Source of the DNA: a virus
Lineage: Duplodnaviria > Caudoviricetes
Strand: one strand, 5' to 3'
DNA: 64,000 nt
Virus record (IMG/VR): IMGVR_UViG_3300021431_000081
Span: 91,846-155,845 of that record
Below, piece after piece: positions 21,590-34,477 of this stretch. The position numbers were made by a program, and so were the translations under genes. Numbering within the stretch: the stretch's first letter is position 1; each line of letters begins with the position of its first letter. A model generated the notes under the pieces. That model saw nothing but the letters and a program-made list of their open reading frames with translations, had not been told where the DNA came from and did not search any database.

Positions 21590-22313
21590 CACAAAATGGA
21601 CACAAATTAGCATATGAGTGGGGAGATAGGGTGGAATTATGAAGTTTTGAGAAATTATAGCATATAAGATGAATAATGTCAATGATCAAGGCATGGTGTT
21701 TAATTTATTGAGTTGGGGGATGGGAGATGGTGGGAAAATAAAAGGATAATTGGTTATCTTACGATTAAATAAACGAATAAATTAAAACAAATAATAAAAA
21801 CTAATGACTAAAGAAAATAGGAATTTATAGAAATACAAAATTGATGATAAAAAATAAGAAATGATGAAAATTTAAGTCAGTGTAAAAATGGATTAGCTTA
21901 CGGGCTTGGGCCAAAGTTGGGTAATTTGGTGGTTCAAACCGGCCCGGTTTTCACAAAAAAATCCCGATTTTTTTTGAAAAATTATAGATATAGTCTTAAT
22001 TATCTGTTATCCTTGACATAGCCTCGAAGGGGGCAGGGGGATAACCCCCGGGGGGTGGTCCTCCCGAAACATAATCGAACATTGAAAAACAATATCCAAC
22101 ATTATCACGTTTCGTTATGCGATGTTTACCGCCTCCCATGGGGGTTAATACCATGAAATGATATGGTTAGAGTAAAGTGAATAATAAGTAGATATTAATA
22201 TTAAATCTAGTCCATAGGACTAAAGGCCTCCTTCCTCTTTTTGAGTCCCCGATTTATAATCGGGGATTGAAAAAGGGGATACCCCCCAAATTTATTAAAA
22301 GGAGGCCACGATT

Positions 22314-23255
22314 ATGGCAAGCAACAAAAAGCAGGAAAAGCAGGGTGTAAGTATCAATATTATCAAATTTGATAAGCGGTATAATGTTACCGTTGATACA
22401 ATTCAGTGTCCAGTTCCTAAACCTGTATTGAATGATGGTTATTTCTATATGATGGTACAGTATCATAGCTATCATATTGATGCCGAAAAAATCATCATCA
22501 AACGTAATGGATTGCAGAAATCCATTGATAAACTGGTATCACAAGAAGAACCACTCACCGATGCACAAGAGGCGGAATTAGTAGCTTTACAGAATGAAAT
22601 TCTTCTAGCAGATAATGCAGTAGAAATCATTACTCAAGCAGTAAAGATTAAAGTTGCTGATTTAGTGTCTAGTTTTCCGGAAATCCATAGCTTTGCAGAG
22701 ATTGACAATTTTGCCTTCGCCGTTGCTATTTTCCTTCGCAACGTCAAAACCTATGGTTTTGACAGTGACAATAACCCTCGAAAAGTTGTGTTTTCCTATG
22801 AAAACGCAATGACGGTTAATGACTTTGCTGAATATGTCAAAATGATGTATTCCAATGCAGGGACAAAAGAGTTCAAGTCTAATGCAGAATCCAAAATCAA
22901 AGATTTCTGCAAGCGTGCTTTTGGAACGCATGGAGGCGAAAATAGTCCCTATAAAGAGTTTGGTTATGGAAAGTTAACATGGGACTATGTGAAAAAGAAC
23001 ATAGTTCCTAGATGTAAGAAAAAACTTTCCTTCGATACCAAAAATGGGAAGGGCATCAATGATAGCTTTATTTCACCGGAGGAAATGATTAGTCAATTAT
23101 TCTTTACTTGTATGCTTCTTTCCGGTATGAATGCTATTGACAATAGTAAGAATAAAACCATTGCTATTGTAAAGGCACCGGAAAATACAGGCTTTTCCCT
23201 TCCTGTAAAGAAGCAGGAACCGGAAGGCGGACTTGAACCGGACACTGAAAAGTAA
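22314..23255 (+). CDS. Hypothetical protein, first gene of the plus-strand early region
   Basis: AAAGGAGG RBS; 313 aa; followed by a terminator. Confidence 0.85.
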   Translation: MASNKKQEKQGVSINIIKFDKRYNVTVDTIQCPVPKPVLNDGYFYMMVQYHSYHIDAEKIIIKRNGLQKSIDKLVSQEEPLTDAQEAELVALQNEILLADNAVEIITQAVKIKVADLVSSFPEIHSFAEIDNFAFAVAIFLRNVKTYGFDSDNNPRKVVFSYENAMTVNDFAEYVKMMYSNAGTKEFKSNAESKIKDFCKRAFGTHGGENSPYKEFGYGKLTWDYVKKNIVPRCKKKLSFDTKNGKGINDSFISPEEMISQLFFTCMLLSGMNAIDNSKNKTIAIVKAPENTGFSLPVKKQEPEGGLEPDTEK

Positions 23256-23266
23256 TAAGAGGAAGG

Positions 23267-23302
23267 AAAAAAGAGAACCGGAGTTTTCCGGTTCTCTTTT
23301 TT
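23267..23302. terminator. Bidirectional intrinsic terminator
   Basis: AAAAAAGAGAACCGGA-gttt-TCCGGTTCTCTTTTTT. Confidence 0.85.
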
Positions 23303-23357
23303 GTATAAAAATAAGTACTAAAATTCATTATTTTAGTACTTATTTTTATACAAAAAA
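23297..23357. repeat. Perfect 28-bp inverted repeat with a 5-nt spacer
   Basis: TTTTTTGTATAAAAATAAGTACTAAAAT-tcatt-ATTTTAGTACTTATTTTTATACAAAAAA. Confidence 0.9.
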
Positions 23358-23377
23358 AATAAGGAGGCCATGATACA

Positions 23378-23998
23378 ATGATTATGATGAAAATAGCCAA
23401 AAACTTTGGTGTTTCCATTGATTGTATTTTTGGAAAACGTATGATTCCCAAAAATGCGGTATATGGGCGTATTAACCCATATACATATTTCTACTGTGAG
23501 GATTTTTCGCAATTTACAGAAAAACGCCCAGACAGAGAACAGGATAACCATCAAAACGTGGTAATTGAATCTAGTATTTGGAAGACTTCCCAAAAATCCG
23601 CTAAAGATTTTCGGGAAGAAATGCGGAAACAACACTATTTCTGCGTCTATGTATTAGACGTGAAAAAAGATGGTGATTGGCATTATTGTACAATTTCCCG
23701 TAATGGGAAAATGGGGAAGGAACTATTAGATTTTGTATCAAAAAATTATCTGTTTGATACAAAATGTATCTATAATTATTGTCTAAAAGGCGATACATAT
23801 ATTGCCACGAATGGCAAGCATTCCGGCGCTATTCGCAGACATAAAAGCGGTAGTGGAGGCCGACTTCCCGCCACTAATACAATCACAGACTATGATTGTG
23901 TTGGATCGGCGCAAATGAGGGCCGGGCATGTGGAAGGATACCCGGCATATATGCCATATGGGGATGGTAAGCAGAGAACAAAAAGAGTGAAGGAGTAA
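23378..23998 (+). CDS. Hypothetical protein
   Basis: AAGGAGG RBS; followed by hairpin AAGAGCGG-ttta-TCCGCTCTT plus T-tract. Confidence 0.8.
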   Translation: MIMMKIAKNFGVSIDCIFGKRMIPKNAVYGRINPYTYFYCEDFSQFTEKRPDREQDNHQNVVIESSIWKTSQKSAKDFREEMRKQHYFCVYVLDVKKDGDWHYCTISRNGKMGKELLDFVSKNYLFDTKCIYNYCLKGDTYIATNGKHSGAIRRHKSGSGGRLPATNTITDYDCVGSAQMRAGHVEGYPAYMPYGDGKQRTKRVKE

Positions 23999-25387
23999 GA
24001 GCGGTTTATCCGCTCTTTTTTTATGCCATTTTTAGGAGGTGATATTATGGATTTTTCGTAATCCAAATATAAGAAGGGGGTAATAAATATGACGTATTAT
24101 TATATTTATTACGAACATCGTGTAAATCCTGCAGCCTTTTTTGAACAACCTGCTTATTTACACGAATGGTTTGACTCTATAGAGTCACGAGATGCACATA
24201 TTAACAAATTCAATGACGGTTTATTTAATACTGTCATTGAAATAGGGGAGGGGTATTTTAATAAAGGTAGACTAATACCTAATAAGAATACCGCAATAAA
24301 ATATTCTTAATATCCCTCTGTATTCAGACGGTCTGAATACTAATCTTAAGAATAAGCTATTAACCCGGTCAGGTTTTGACGTTTTTATTATTTGAATAGC
24401 TTTATTCTTTTTGCCGTGATACGGTTCGACTCCGTACACGGTATTTGGGTTGCCACAAAAAACGCAAGTAAACCTTCGTTTTTTGTGGCGTAAAAGTCCC
24501 GTGAAAAGCAAAGCAAATAAGGCAAACGAAATTATAAATTACAAGGAGAATACAAATGGATAAAAACACTTTTGAAAGAAATTGGAATATTAAAGTGGAA
24601 GATCTCCACTTTAAACAGGCAATCTCTGACCAGTACGGTGTAGAAATTCCCGGCACCGAGATTGCGAAAGTAGGACCGTTTGAGGTCTGGAGGGAAAACG
24701 GATCTACTTACAGAGTAAGTAAAAACCGTGTTGTATGCCGTTGGCGTACTAACCTTAGTGTTTATCAGGCAAAGGAGGTCTGGGCATAATGGAAACTACT
24801 ATTTATGTACCTTATGAATCCCGTAAGGAAACTGTTTGTGTGTATTTCATAAACGGAGCGTGTATGAGAATCGTTCCTGCCACTTCTACTTTTGTGATAG
24901 CAGAATTATTGATTAATGGAAAAAGTGTAGCGGTCGAAACGTCCGAACATTTCCATGGACAATGGAAACTGGAATATAACGGTGAAAAATACGTTGCTCA
25001 TGTTTGGTACACAGAAAATGAAGAAGAGGAGGAAGAGATCGTGGAAGAATGGAAGGAAAAGGAAATCATTGTTTCTTACTGGAAGAAGGAAGGTGTGCCG
25101 GGATGCAAGGTAACCCGTACACGTTGCATCTCTAATGTTACAGGAGAACAGAAAGATTTCTTTGAATTGGGAGGGTGGCAACCATTCCCGATCAAAGGCA
25201 AATTCGAATCAACCTATGGCTATATTGCTAGTTGGCTGATTCGTAACGGCTACAAACAGATAAGGGAGGTGAGATACATTTAACAAATCAAATGTCCGCA
25301 TGTTCTCAAGGCAACTGAACGTTTGCTCTAAAAAAAGAAACGCTTTTTCCTATTAGCCACGAGAACAGAAACTGTATACAATTTACA

Positions 25388-25462
25388 GGCTCATGTGTAA
25401 TTGGTACACCGTAGTGAAACGGATGACGGAATAGCTATGCAGGTTCGAATCCTGATGAGTCA
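25388..25462 (+). ncRNA. Degenerate tRNA-like element
   Basis: Acceptor-like GGCTCAT/ATGAGTC, D-like GTGTA-attgg-TACAC, T-arm CAGG-TTCGAAT-CCTG; no proper anticodon arm. Confidence 0.5.
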
Positions 25463-26867
25463 TTTCTTGAAAAAAGAAATTACAAGGAGGTAACAAATGG
25501 TTTATCTGACTAAAGAAAGCACTTACGAAATAACCCGGGAAGCGGTACTTGACATGTGGGATCTGATGTGGACTGCTTATGGAACGGAAAAGGAAGAAAA
25601 AGAGGAAGAAAAGGAGGTAACAAATGGCAAAAGAAGCAACTAACTGGTTTGAGATCTGGTTTCAAGATAAGGAAAGCATGCTTGAAACCATGGTCAGAAA
25701 CATGACTGCTGATTTGGATGCAGGTTATAACTATTTCGGTAACTGCATTAAACAGCAGAGAAAAACTATTGACGAGTACAGAAATCAGTTTAACCGCCAG
25801 ATGGATGAATTCAAACTGATGGATGACGCCAAAGTAAACCGTTGGTGTTATTACGACATGAAAAAGAGAGGAGTTATAGCATGACTACAAGAGAACTGAA
25901 GCCTGTAGATGGAAGAAAAAGCTTTTACAACAAGGCTATTGTTTGCACTGAAGATGATGGAACAGAAACGCTTTTGAGTTATGGAACGCCTGTTATTAAA
26001 CGGGACAGAAACGGAAATCTAATTCGTCTGTGGAATGGTTACAGTGTTACTACAATGCGTCATGTTAATGCATTCTGTGGTATCAACAAATCCATCTGGA
26101 TGAAGATGGAAGTTAAATAAGGAGGCAAATATGACAGTAAAAGAGAGAAATCGTTGCATGAAAACCGCAAGGGAATGCGGTTATGGAAACGGCGTTATTG
26201 ACGCTATCTTCAAGGCAGAAACAGATGCAGAAGTTTACCGTATTCTGGCAACTGCCAGGGAGAAAAAGGCAAAGGAATATGATGTAACGTATCTGAACCT
26301 GTATCACTGGAAACAGGTACGGAAAGCGGTTGCAATGGGTGTTCTGGCGCTCGCAGCTGTCACACTTCCTACTGGTAAAGCGAAAGCAGATATTTACCCG
26401 GAGTGCGGAAAAGTGGTTGAAGTGGTCGACATTACGGAAACTAATCCAATGGATCTGGTGACCGTGGAAACATTCAATGGAAACCAGTTTATGTTTGCTG
26501 TTGATCAGGGAGATTACGAGATTAATGATGTAATCGCCATGATTATGAGTGACCGAAATACGGAAACGGTCACTGATGATGAAGTAATTACCGCAAAGTA
26601 TTGCGGATGGATGGAGGAGTGATATGAATATTGTACCAATCTATCAAGGTAAATGGAACGAGACGTATAAAGAGTCTGTCACAAGGCAGACTCTTTTACG
26701 TAGCAGAAAATGCTCTGGAAGGAGGGATGGAAACGAGATCCTGTTATATAAGGCAATAGCTAATATTGTAGGAAGTATTGTGTTTGGTACAGGACTGGTA
26801 TCGGTCTTGTACGTAATGGTTGTTTATTTAGGTTGCTAATCAAGGAAAACAAAAAGGAGGATTTATT

Positions 26868-27506
26868 ATGACTATTAAAGAAAGAATTGCTACTTTTACA
26901 TCTGCTTATCCTTACACGTCCATGCGTCTTGTCTCCGAAGATAAAGTGGGGATGATCCCTAAAGTAACTACAGATTATCTGGATATGAAGATCGTGTACA
27001 CGATTAACGTAACTGACTGCGAAGAAGGGAAAAATCTGCCCCACGGAAACAAGATCGTATATGTAACTCCCATGTTACTTGAACAGTGGGGAATCACAGA
27101 GGGAATTCTCTATAGAGAAATCACGGCAAAAATGGAAAAGGATAATGATTTGCTTCTCATGAATCTTATGGAGATGATGAATAAATTCATGGGATCTCCT
27201 GTATCAACAGATATTAATCCTGACGATCCCATTGTAGTTACCAATTCAGAAGGTGTGTTTGGTGCGGTTAATATTATCCTGCCAGAAGTACAGAAACGGA
27301 TTTTCCATATTCTGGGGAGTGGATATTTCATTCTTCCATCATCTGTACATGAGGTGATTATTCTTAGGGATGATATTATGCATGTACATGATATGCTGTC
27401 GATGGTGAGGGAAATCAATGCAGAGATTGTAGATGAATATGATAAGCTGAGCGATAATATCTATCACTACAATCCTATCACTAATATGATTACTATTTAC
27501 AATTAA
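26868..27506 (+). CDS. DUF5688-like protein
   Basis: VTN...GA, YFILPSSVHEVI, MVREIN and LSDNIYHY motifs. Confidence 0.75.
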   Translation: MTIKERIATFTSAYPYTSMRLVSEDKVGMIPKVTTDYLDMKIVYTINVTDCEEGKNLPHGNKIVYVTPMLLEQWGITEGILYREITAKMEKDNDLLLMNLMEMMNKFMGSPVSTDINPDDPIVVTNSEGVFGAVNIILPEVQKRIFHILGSGYFILPSSVHEVIILRDDIMHVHDMLSMVREINAEIVDEYDKLSDNIYHYNPITNMITIYN

Positions 27507-28018
27507 ATATATTAAAAGCAAAGGAGAGCAAAATTATGATGAAGTATGCAAAGATTAAAATCGAAAAGGCCCAGGTTAACTCTTGCATGATTTGCGATCT
27601 GTACGGGGCGCTGAGAGAAAAGGCAGACGAAACATTCCAGAAAGCAAAGGAACTGTATCCTGATGCAAATTATAAAGATGTCTGGAATGCCATGGAAGGC
27701 CATGGTGTAAATGGTTACAAGATTAAATATGCACGTCCCAGAAGGGAAAACGAGGATGACTGGAAAGGTGATGTGATTGAGAACAATGTTGGAGAGATCT
27801 GTGAAGAGTGTTTCAACAAACTGGTGAAATGTTATACCAGAATTGATGATGCAGAGGAGATTGCATTCAGTGCGAAGGAAAGTTATAAGAGCGCACCGGG
27901 ATTCACGGCAGAAGAGTTTGTAATTGAGGGAGATTGATTCTCCCTCTTTTCTTTTGATCTAAGGAAACTACTTTACACTACAATTGAATAAAAAATAATA
28001 AGAAATGAGGTCATAATT

Positions 28019-29011
28019 ATGTTAGAGAAACTGAAAAAGAACCTGTTTGTTGTTAACAAAGAGAAAAAGGAAGAAATCGCAACTAAGATTGTTATTAATG
28101 AGGGCATCAAGGAAATCGATCCTCTGAGAAAACGTCTGTTTGATATTACCGAGGCAAATAAACAGGTGATTGGAACTAAGACAAATGCATACATCCCTAT
28201 GGAATGCTTGGAAGTTCCCGATTTTCAAAGGGAAGATACTCTCGATCCTAAAAAGGTACAATGGTTAATTGACCATTGGGATTCTATGATGCAGGAACCG
28301 CTGTTAGTATCTGTGCATAAGGAAACTTGCACTTATATTATCTTAAATGGTCTGCACAGATATCTGGCAATGCTTGCTCTGGGATTCACATCTGTTGAGT
28401 GTGTCATCGTAGATATTGAAGAAGACAGGGAAAGAAAAGAAATTGAACTGTTCATTGGACAGCAGGACGGTATTGATCGTATGAAACCGCAAGACAAACA
28501 CAAAGGTCTGGTAAAGCTTGGGGATCCAGCAGCTGTCGCACTTGATAATGCTGTGAATAATACTAAGGGAGTAGATTTCAAGCACAATAAGAGTAGAGGG
28601 AAAGGGAAAGCCGGTGAACTGACCAACTATGATAAAGCATATTTTGTAGCTAAAAATGGAATGATTCAGGATGTATTGGATGTTTTAGTTGCAGCAAAAT
28701 GGAACGAAACGTCTGGTGGTTTGGGTGGTCGTGCTTTAATGATGGTATATGATGTACTGTCTACATATAATACACCAGAAGTGAAAGCAGAAATTGCAAA
28801 AGTTCTGGTAAAATATAAGCCCAACAAGTTCTATGGATATGCTCGTTTTGCTTATCATCTTAGAACAGAAAGCGTTGCATATGATCTGTATCTTGAAGAC
28901 TGGATCTGTTACAAACTGGGAATCAAACGTTTGATTGATGATGATAACAGAATTGTAGATCCTATAAAGATAGAAGAAGAATATAATAGAACTCATAAAA
29001 AGACCGCATAA
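28019..29011 (+). CDS. ParB/Srx-fold protein (DUF6551-like)
   Basis: FQR ... PLLVS ... IILNGLHR motif. Confidence 0.7.
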   Translation: MLEKLKKNLFVVNKEKKEEIATKIVINEGIKEIDPLRKRLFDITEANKQVIGTKTNAYIPMECLEVPDFQREDTLDPKKVQWLIDHWDSMMQEPLLVSVHKETCTYIILNGLHRYLAMLALGFTSVECVIVDIEEDRERKEIELFIGQQDGIDRMKPQDKHKGLVKLGDPAAVALDNAVNNTKGVDFKHNKSRGKGKAGELTNYDKAYFVAKNGMIQDVLDVLVAAKWNETSGGLGGRALMMVYDVLSTYNTPEVKAEIAKVLVKYKPNKFYGYARFAYHLRTESVAYDLYLEDWICYKLGIKRLIDDDNRIVDPIKIEEEYNRTHKKTA

Positions 29012-29186
29012 CTAAAGAAATTAAAAACTATATACAATCAAGAGAACGTGTGTTATACTGCAAAGCAAACACACGTTCTCTTTTATGGGTGATATACATG
29101 ATTACTTGTCAAATGACAAGTGATGATTTGTGTTACTCATAGGCAAAGCAAACTAGAATGTACAGATTGTACAAACAAATTAAGGA

Positions 29187-32100
29187 GTGAATATTATGAA
29201 AAAAGTAGCGAAATGTTTTATCAAAAAATTCGGAGTAAATAGTTATGCGGAAGTAAGAAAAATGGCAGATACTTACTGCGTACAGACAATCGAAGATAAT
29301 GAAATCTTAGCTATAGGAAAGGAATTAAAGGGATACGTTGGAGATATTATTACCACAATGTATACAGGCGAGAAATTTGGAACTGGTGATTTCGTACTTA
29401 TGTCTGATAGACACGGTATGATTTGTAAATTTAAATAAACAAAATAAATTAAACCACAGGAGGTAAACATTATGGCAGCAACTATCACGATTGACAACAA
29501 ACTGGGACTTACCACGAAAGAAAGACTGGCAATGGATCACCACGTTTACTATCAGATGATCATCAATTATCTGGGATATGACAAGGTAAAAGAGTGTGTA
29601 CCGTTCGATCTGGAAACGCTTATCAAGGCGTATAAGGAAGACGATGCATTCAATAATCTGAAACTGAATACATGGGATTATGCAGGTGGATTCAGTGTAT
29701 TTCAGACTAGATACGAAGAGAAAGTGATTCCTACGCATTCTAGACTGAGAAGTCTGCTGAAGGACAGCGGTATTAACTGCTACAGCTGTTCTGAAGGTGT
29801 ATGTATTCTGAAAGAATGCGCAAGAATGATGGTTGAGGAGGCTACGAGATGAATAGAAAAGAAAATATGGAAAAGATTATGAAATATCTGTTGGACCAGA
29901 TCCTTTTTGAGAAGCAGATGTTAAGAGATTCCAAACATAAAATGGAAGATGCGATTGAAGACAAAGAAGACGAGGTACATATTAACTTCTACAAAAGGTG
30001 TGTAGAAAAAAGAGAAAATAATCTTACTAACCTGAGAGAAATGTTGCAGTTTATGCAGGAACTGCACTATGAGGAGGCTACGAAATGAGAATCACAAAAT
30101 ATGATACCAGATTGAACGAAGACAAACTTCCTATGCTTGTCAAAGAAGATTCGTTCAACTACGGAAAGCGAAAGATACAAGTCACTAATCCCAATGATAT
30201 ATACTGGTTCTTTCAGGATGTGGAGAATGCAGAATATTTAGATAGAGAATTTGTATTTCTCATCTGTATAGATGTGAAATACAAAATTCTGGGGTATTTC
30301 AAGGTAAGTGAAGGGACGATTAATACTTCTCTGGTATCTCCTAGGGAAATATTTATTAAGGCTCTGGCAGTAGGTGCAACAAGTATTATTCTTGTACATA
30401 ATCATCCTACTGGAGATCCTACTCCTTCAAATGAGGATATAAATATAACAAAACAAATTAAAAATGCAGGAGAAATTTTGCGGGTGGATTTATTAGATCA
30501 TATTATTCTGGGCGAAAGAAAATATTATTCATTCAATGAATGGGGGCTTTTATAATGGCATACGCAGTACCTAAACCGAATGGTAACGGAGATTATTTTA
30601 CCGTAGAAAAAGCAAGTGATGGTTATTATCACATTTACAGATTCGATGCAAACGCAAAAGCAAGTTACGAAGCATTGATTGGTGAGTTATGGGACAAGGT
30701 AAAGTTCGCTGATTTTGACAAGGCAGTTCAATTTTTGGAAAAACATCTGGAAGAGGTGCATTGAATGAAAGACGAAAGGAGGTATGAAATCTGGATGCGA
30801 AATTATCCGCAGCCTGATGTGAACATTAGTGAAGAATGGGAAATTCCACCTTGTAAATCATTGAAAAAAGCAAAGGAATTATGTGAAGAATTGGAAGCAA
30901 ATTATGCTGACGAGGGTTGGAAGGGTCACAGATTGTACAAGGCAAAGTTCTATGCAGAGGAGGTTCAGTAATGTACTATAGAGTAAAAAATATTTCAGTA
31001 AAAGGAAATAAATTGTTTGTGACAGCAGCAGCAAATAATGTTCGGCCTATCACATATTCTAAAGAAGAATATGACGCAAAGGAAGAAGATCTTCGAGAGA
31101 AGGTAAGATCGTTTGCAATCAGTGCTTTGGAAGGGAATTTCCAAGCAACTGGAAGATGCAACAAAGAGTCTTTCTGGGAATATGCAGAAACGATTAAGGT
31201 TAAGTACCAACTTTTAGAATCCAATTTTAGTTGTGACAGATGGTATGATTTGAATAGAGAATCGGAACTAGAGGAACTAATTGCAGATCTTGTTCTTGTT
31301 CCGCTATTCTTCGATGAACCTGTTGACTTTGATGAAGCTAAACGAATCTTGACTAACTTTGATCGGGATTCGAAATTCATGTATGAAGTAATGGAAAAAC
31401 GATTTAAAGAAGAAGGAAAGATAATTGTTACATCTGCATGGAGATGTGACATTATTCCCGGTACTGATGTAGTGTATACCAAAGATAACAAATGGTATCT
31501 TTGTAAGGCAGACCATTATAACAATCATGGAATATTGGATAATGCAGATAATTCTGCGATTGAATTGGATGATAATAATTACGAATTAAGAAGAGTCTTA
31601 CTTGGATACGATATAAGTAAGGAAACCTTTGATGAAATTAATAAATTAAAAGGAATGATGGAAGAACATAAATATCTATAGGAGATTTAAAAATGAGTGA
31701 TAATGAATTTCCAATCACGTTTGATTACATGGGCGAAGAAAAGAAAGTGTATTCTACGCTTACCGCAAAGGAACTGAAAGAAATCCGTACATCTAAAAAG
31801 TTGACGAAAGCAAACATTGAAAGTCTGGCAAAAGATATTAAGTTATGGGCCAGAAAGAACAGAGATGTTGGCAGTGATTTCTCTCTGCTTTACAACGGAA
31901 AACATGAATACAATGAGTATAAGCGTGTACAGAAACCGTGTGGAAAGTATGAATGGAAAACAATTCACAGAGTGGATAAGAACCAGGATCCGCATAAGTG
32001 GTCTGAATGGTTCAGTGAAAATTTTATTCTGGGATTTACCGTGGATGGTAAAATGTACAGAATGCTGAATTATGGTGATCATCATTTAGCAAAAGCAAAA

Positions 32101-34376
32101 TTAGAAGTGTTGTTAAATATGTACAATTTGTATCTGAAATGTTGCGAGTTCTGTTATTGGGAAGTAGCACCGTTAGAAGATATGGAGATTGAATATACCG
32201 TCTGGAAGAAAGAGAAAATAGTAAAGAATGTTGAGAGATATTGGTTGTGAAAATATTCATATGAACTATGGACGATTAGATTAATTAAAAGAACAGGAGG
32301 TAATAAAATGACACTCGAGGAAATGTTGGAAGTTGTAAATGATAGCACGATGATGGAGATTGTGGATGCAGATACTGGAGAGTTATATTTACATGGCGAT
32401 GCTTATGAACTGAAAAGCAATGCAATGCCTGGATTTGATGAGGCAGAGGTGATGGATGTAAATTGTTACGGAAATCGCCTTACAATCTGCATTGATATGG
32501 ATAACGATGATTGGGACAGTGATTTGGAGGAAGATTTATTTAATGATCCAGATACTGTCGATGGATGGATTCAGCAGGATGTGATTGATATGTATAGGAG
32601 GGAAAGATAATGTACAGAATTCATATTGAATTCGCCAACGGAAGTAATTCCTATTATAGTTTTGCAATGCCCAAAAAAGAGTATGACAAAGAGTTAAAAA
32701 AATGGAAGAAAAACTATAATCTAGAACTGAAATGGACATCAGCTTTAGGTACGTATAGTTATTATGCGACAGAAAAGGAGGGCGTTACATGTTAATGAGT
32801 GGTGACTTAAGAAGGGATTTTGAAATTCTGTACACACTTGAAAAAGAACATAAAGAGATGGGAAGATCTGATCAGGAAATTGCAATGCGAAGAATTGTCA
32901 AACAGTTAAAGGAAGGAATCCGAAATACTCTTCATGAGAGAGAAAGATATGATAGAGAATATCCTTACAAATGGAAAGCATACAAGGATTATTATGACAG
33001 TAGATACTGCAAGATTGTGTATGATGAGGTATTTACCGAAGAGGAAGTTAAAGAATATATAGAAGAGGAATGGCAGCATTGGTACAATCCATGGGATGAT
33101 GGAAGGGATTGTACTGGTGTATGGTTTACAAGTGGAATTCATGTATTCCCTATTCCTGCGATAGGTAAAACAATTGTATATCATATGCAGGATTGTGATG
33201 TGTAAAGCGAAAGGAGAAAAAATGGAACTGAATAATTATAGAGATAGTATTGAATTCATTGGAACGCTTATTGATACCGTAGATACCTACATCTTGAATC
33301 ATGATACAGATGATGGAGTAACAGAAGAAGGTTACGATCATCTGGCAGCGGAACTGATTTCAACTCTGGAACAGTGGAATATTAATTTAAATAGCAGTCA
33401 CAAAAAGGAAATCGCTTATAGATTGTGGCATGAGTTTGGCGATGTTCCCATGAATCTTGATACAGAATGTATTGAAGAAGAATGGCATGGATTCCCTGTA
33501 GGAACACATAGGGAAGATATTTGGGAATGGTTTGAAAATACTCTTGGTGTAAGTGTTGGTGCTGATTTAATGTACAATTAAAGAAGCAAAAAAATATAGA
33601 ACAAGGAGGTAGCCTATGTATTACTACTACAGATATATCATCATTGATGGAACTGGTGCAGAGATATCCAGGGACTACGCAAAACGAAAGGACGCTGAGT
33701 TTGATTTACCGCAGTATGCAAAGTATTTCGGTGGGTGCAAGATCAAGAAAAGAAGATATTGCTATTACTAATACAATTGAATAAGCAAAACAAAATAAAT
33801 TAAAATGGAGGACATAATAATGACGAAGAAGGTAGAATTCACCATGGAAAAGGCAACTAAGAATACCATTAAGTTCACGGAAGTTCTGGAAAATGAACTG
33901 GCAGCACCCATTGTTGGTACTATCTATGTGCCGAAGATGACGCTTGGTATGATGGGATGGAATAGTGATAAGAAGTTGATCGTTACTTTGGAAGTAGAAA
34001 AGTAAATCATTGTCCACATATACGGACAGTGAATATAGTATAACATGTATAAAAAGAACGCATGTTCGATTTTGCGGTTGATTTTCACTGCTGTTTGTGA
34101 TATAACAAGAGTAAGCAGTAGAATGTATGTTCAATTCAAGGAGGACATATGAAAGGAATCAGTATTGTAAATAGCTTACAGGAAAAAGGGAAAATTATTC
34201 TTCTTAAGGATGGTGATGCAAAAGAAGCGATGAAAGAAGAATATCGAAAGGCAATTCATAGTACTCCAAATTGGAGTAAAAATAATAGTTACTTAGATCC
34301 TTATGGAATTTTTGCACAGGTAGCTGATGGAAGTATGACAAACGTTACAGAACTTAGACTTTGTGATGTGTGTTAA
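29187..34376 (+). other. Early small genes: 29187-29438, 29472-29852, 29849-30088, 30555-30764, 30765-30971, 30971-31681, 31693-32250, 32308-32610, 32610-32795, 32789-33205, 33222-33581, 33616-33771, 33820-34005, 34149-34376
   Basis: Densely packed same-strand ORFs with RBSs. Confidence 0.75.
30085..30555 (+). CDS. radC: RadC-like JAB/MPN domain protein
   Basis: E...HNHPTGDPTPSNED...LLDHIILG motif. Confidence 0.92.
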   Translation: MRITKYDTRLNEDKLPMLVKEDSFNYGKRKIQVTNPNDIYWFFQDVENAEYLDREFVFLICIDVKYKILGYFKVSEGTINTSLVSPREIFIKALAVGATSIILVHNHPTGDPTPSNEDINITKQIKNAGEILRVDLLDHIILGERKYYSFNEWGLL

Positions 34377-34402
34377 GGCAAAAGAGAATACTAAGAAGAG
34401 AT

Positions 34403-34434
34403 AAGGAGTTAACCAAAAGGTTGACTCCTTTTTT
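34403..34434 (+). terminator. Intrinsic terminator
   Basis: AAGGAGTTAACC-aaaa-GGTTGACTCCTT plus T-tract. Confidence 0.75.
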
Positions 34435-34477
34435 AATTACAACTAAATAAAAACAAAATTATAGAGAGGTGCTTATC

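Larger units (their letters stand above)
24089..27937 (+). other. Early small genes: 24089-24310, 24556-24789, 24789-25283, 25497-25643, 25624-25884, 25881-26120, 26131-26622, 26624-26839, 27536-27937
   Basis: Tandem short ORFs with strong RBSs and stop/start overlaps; no recognisable domains. Confidence 0.75.
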
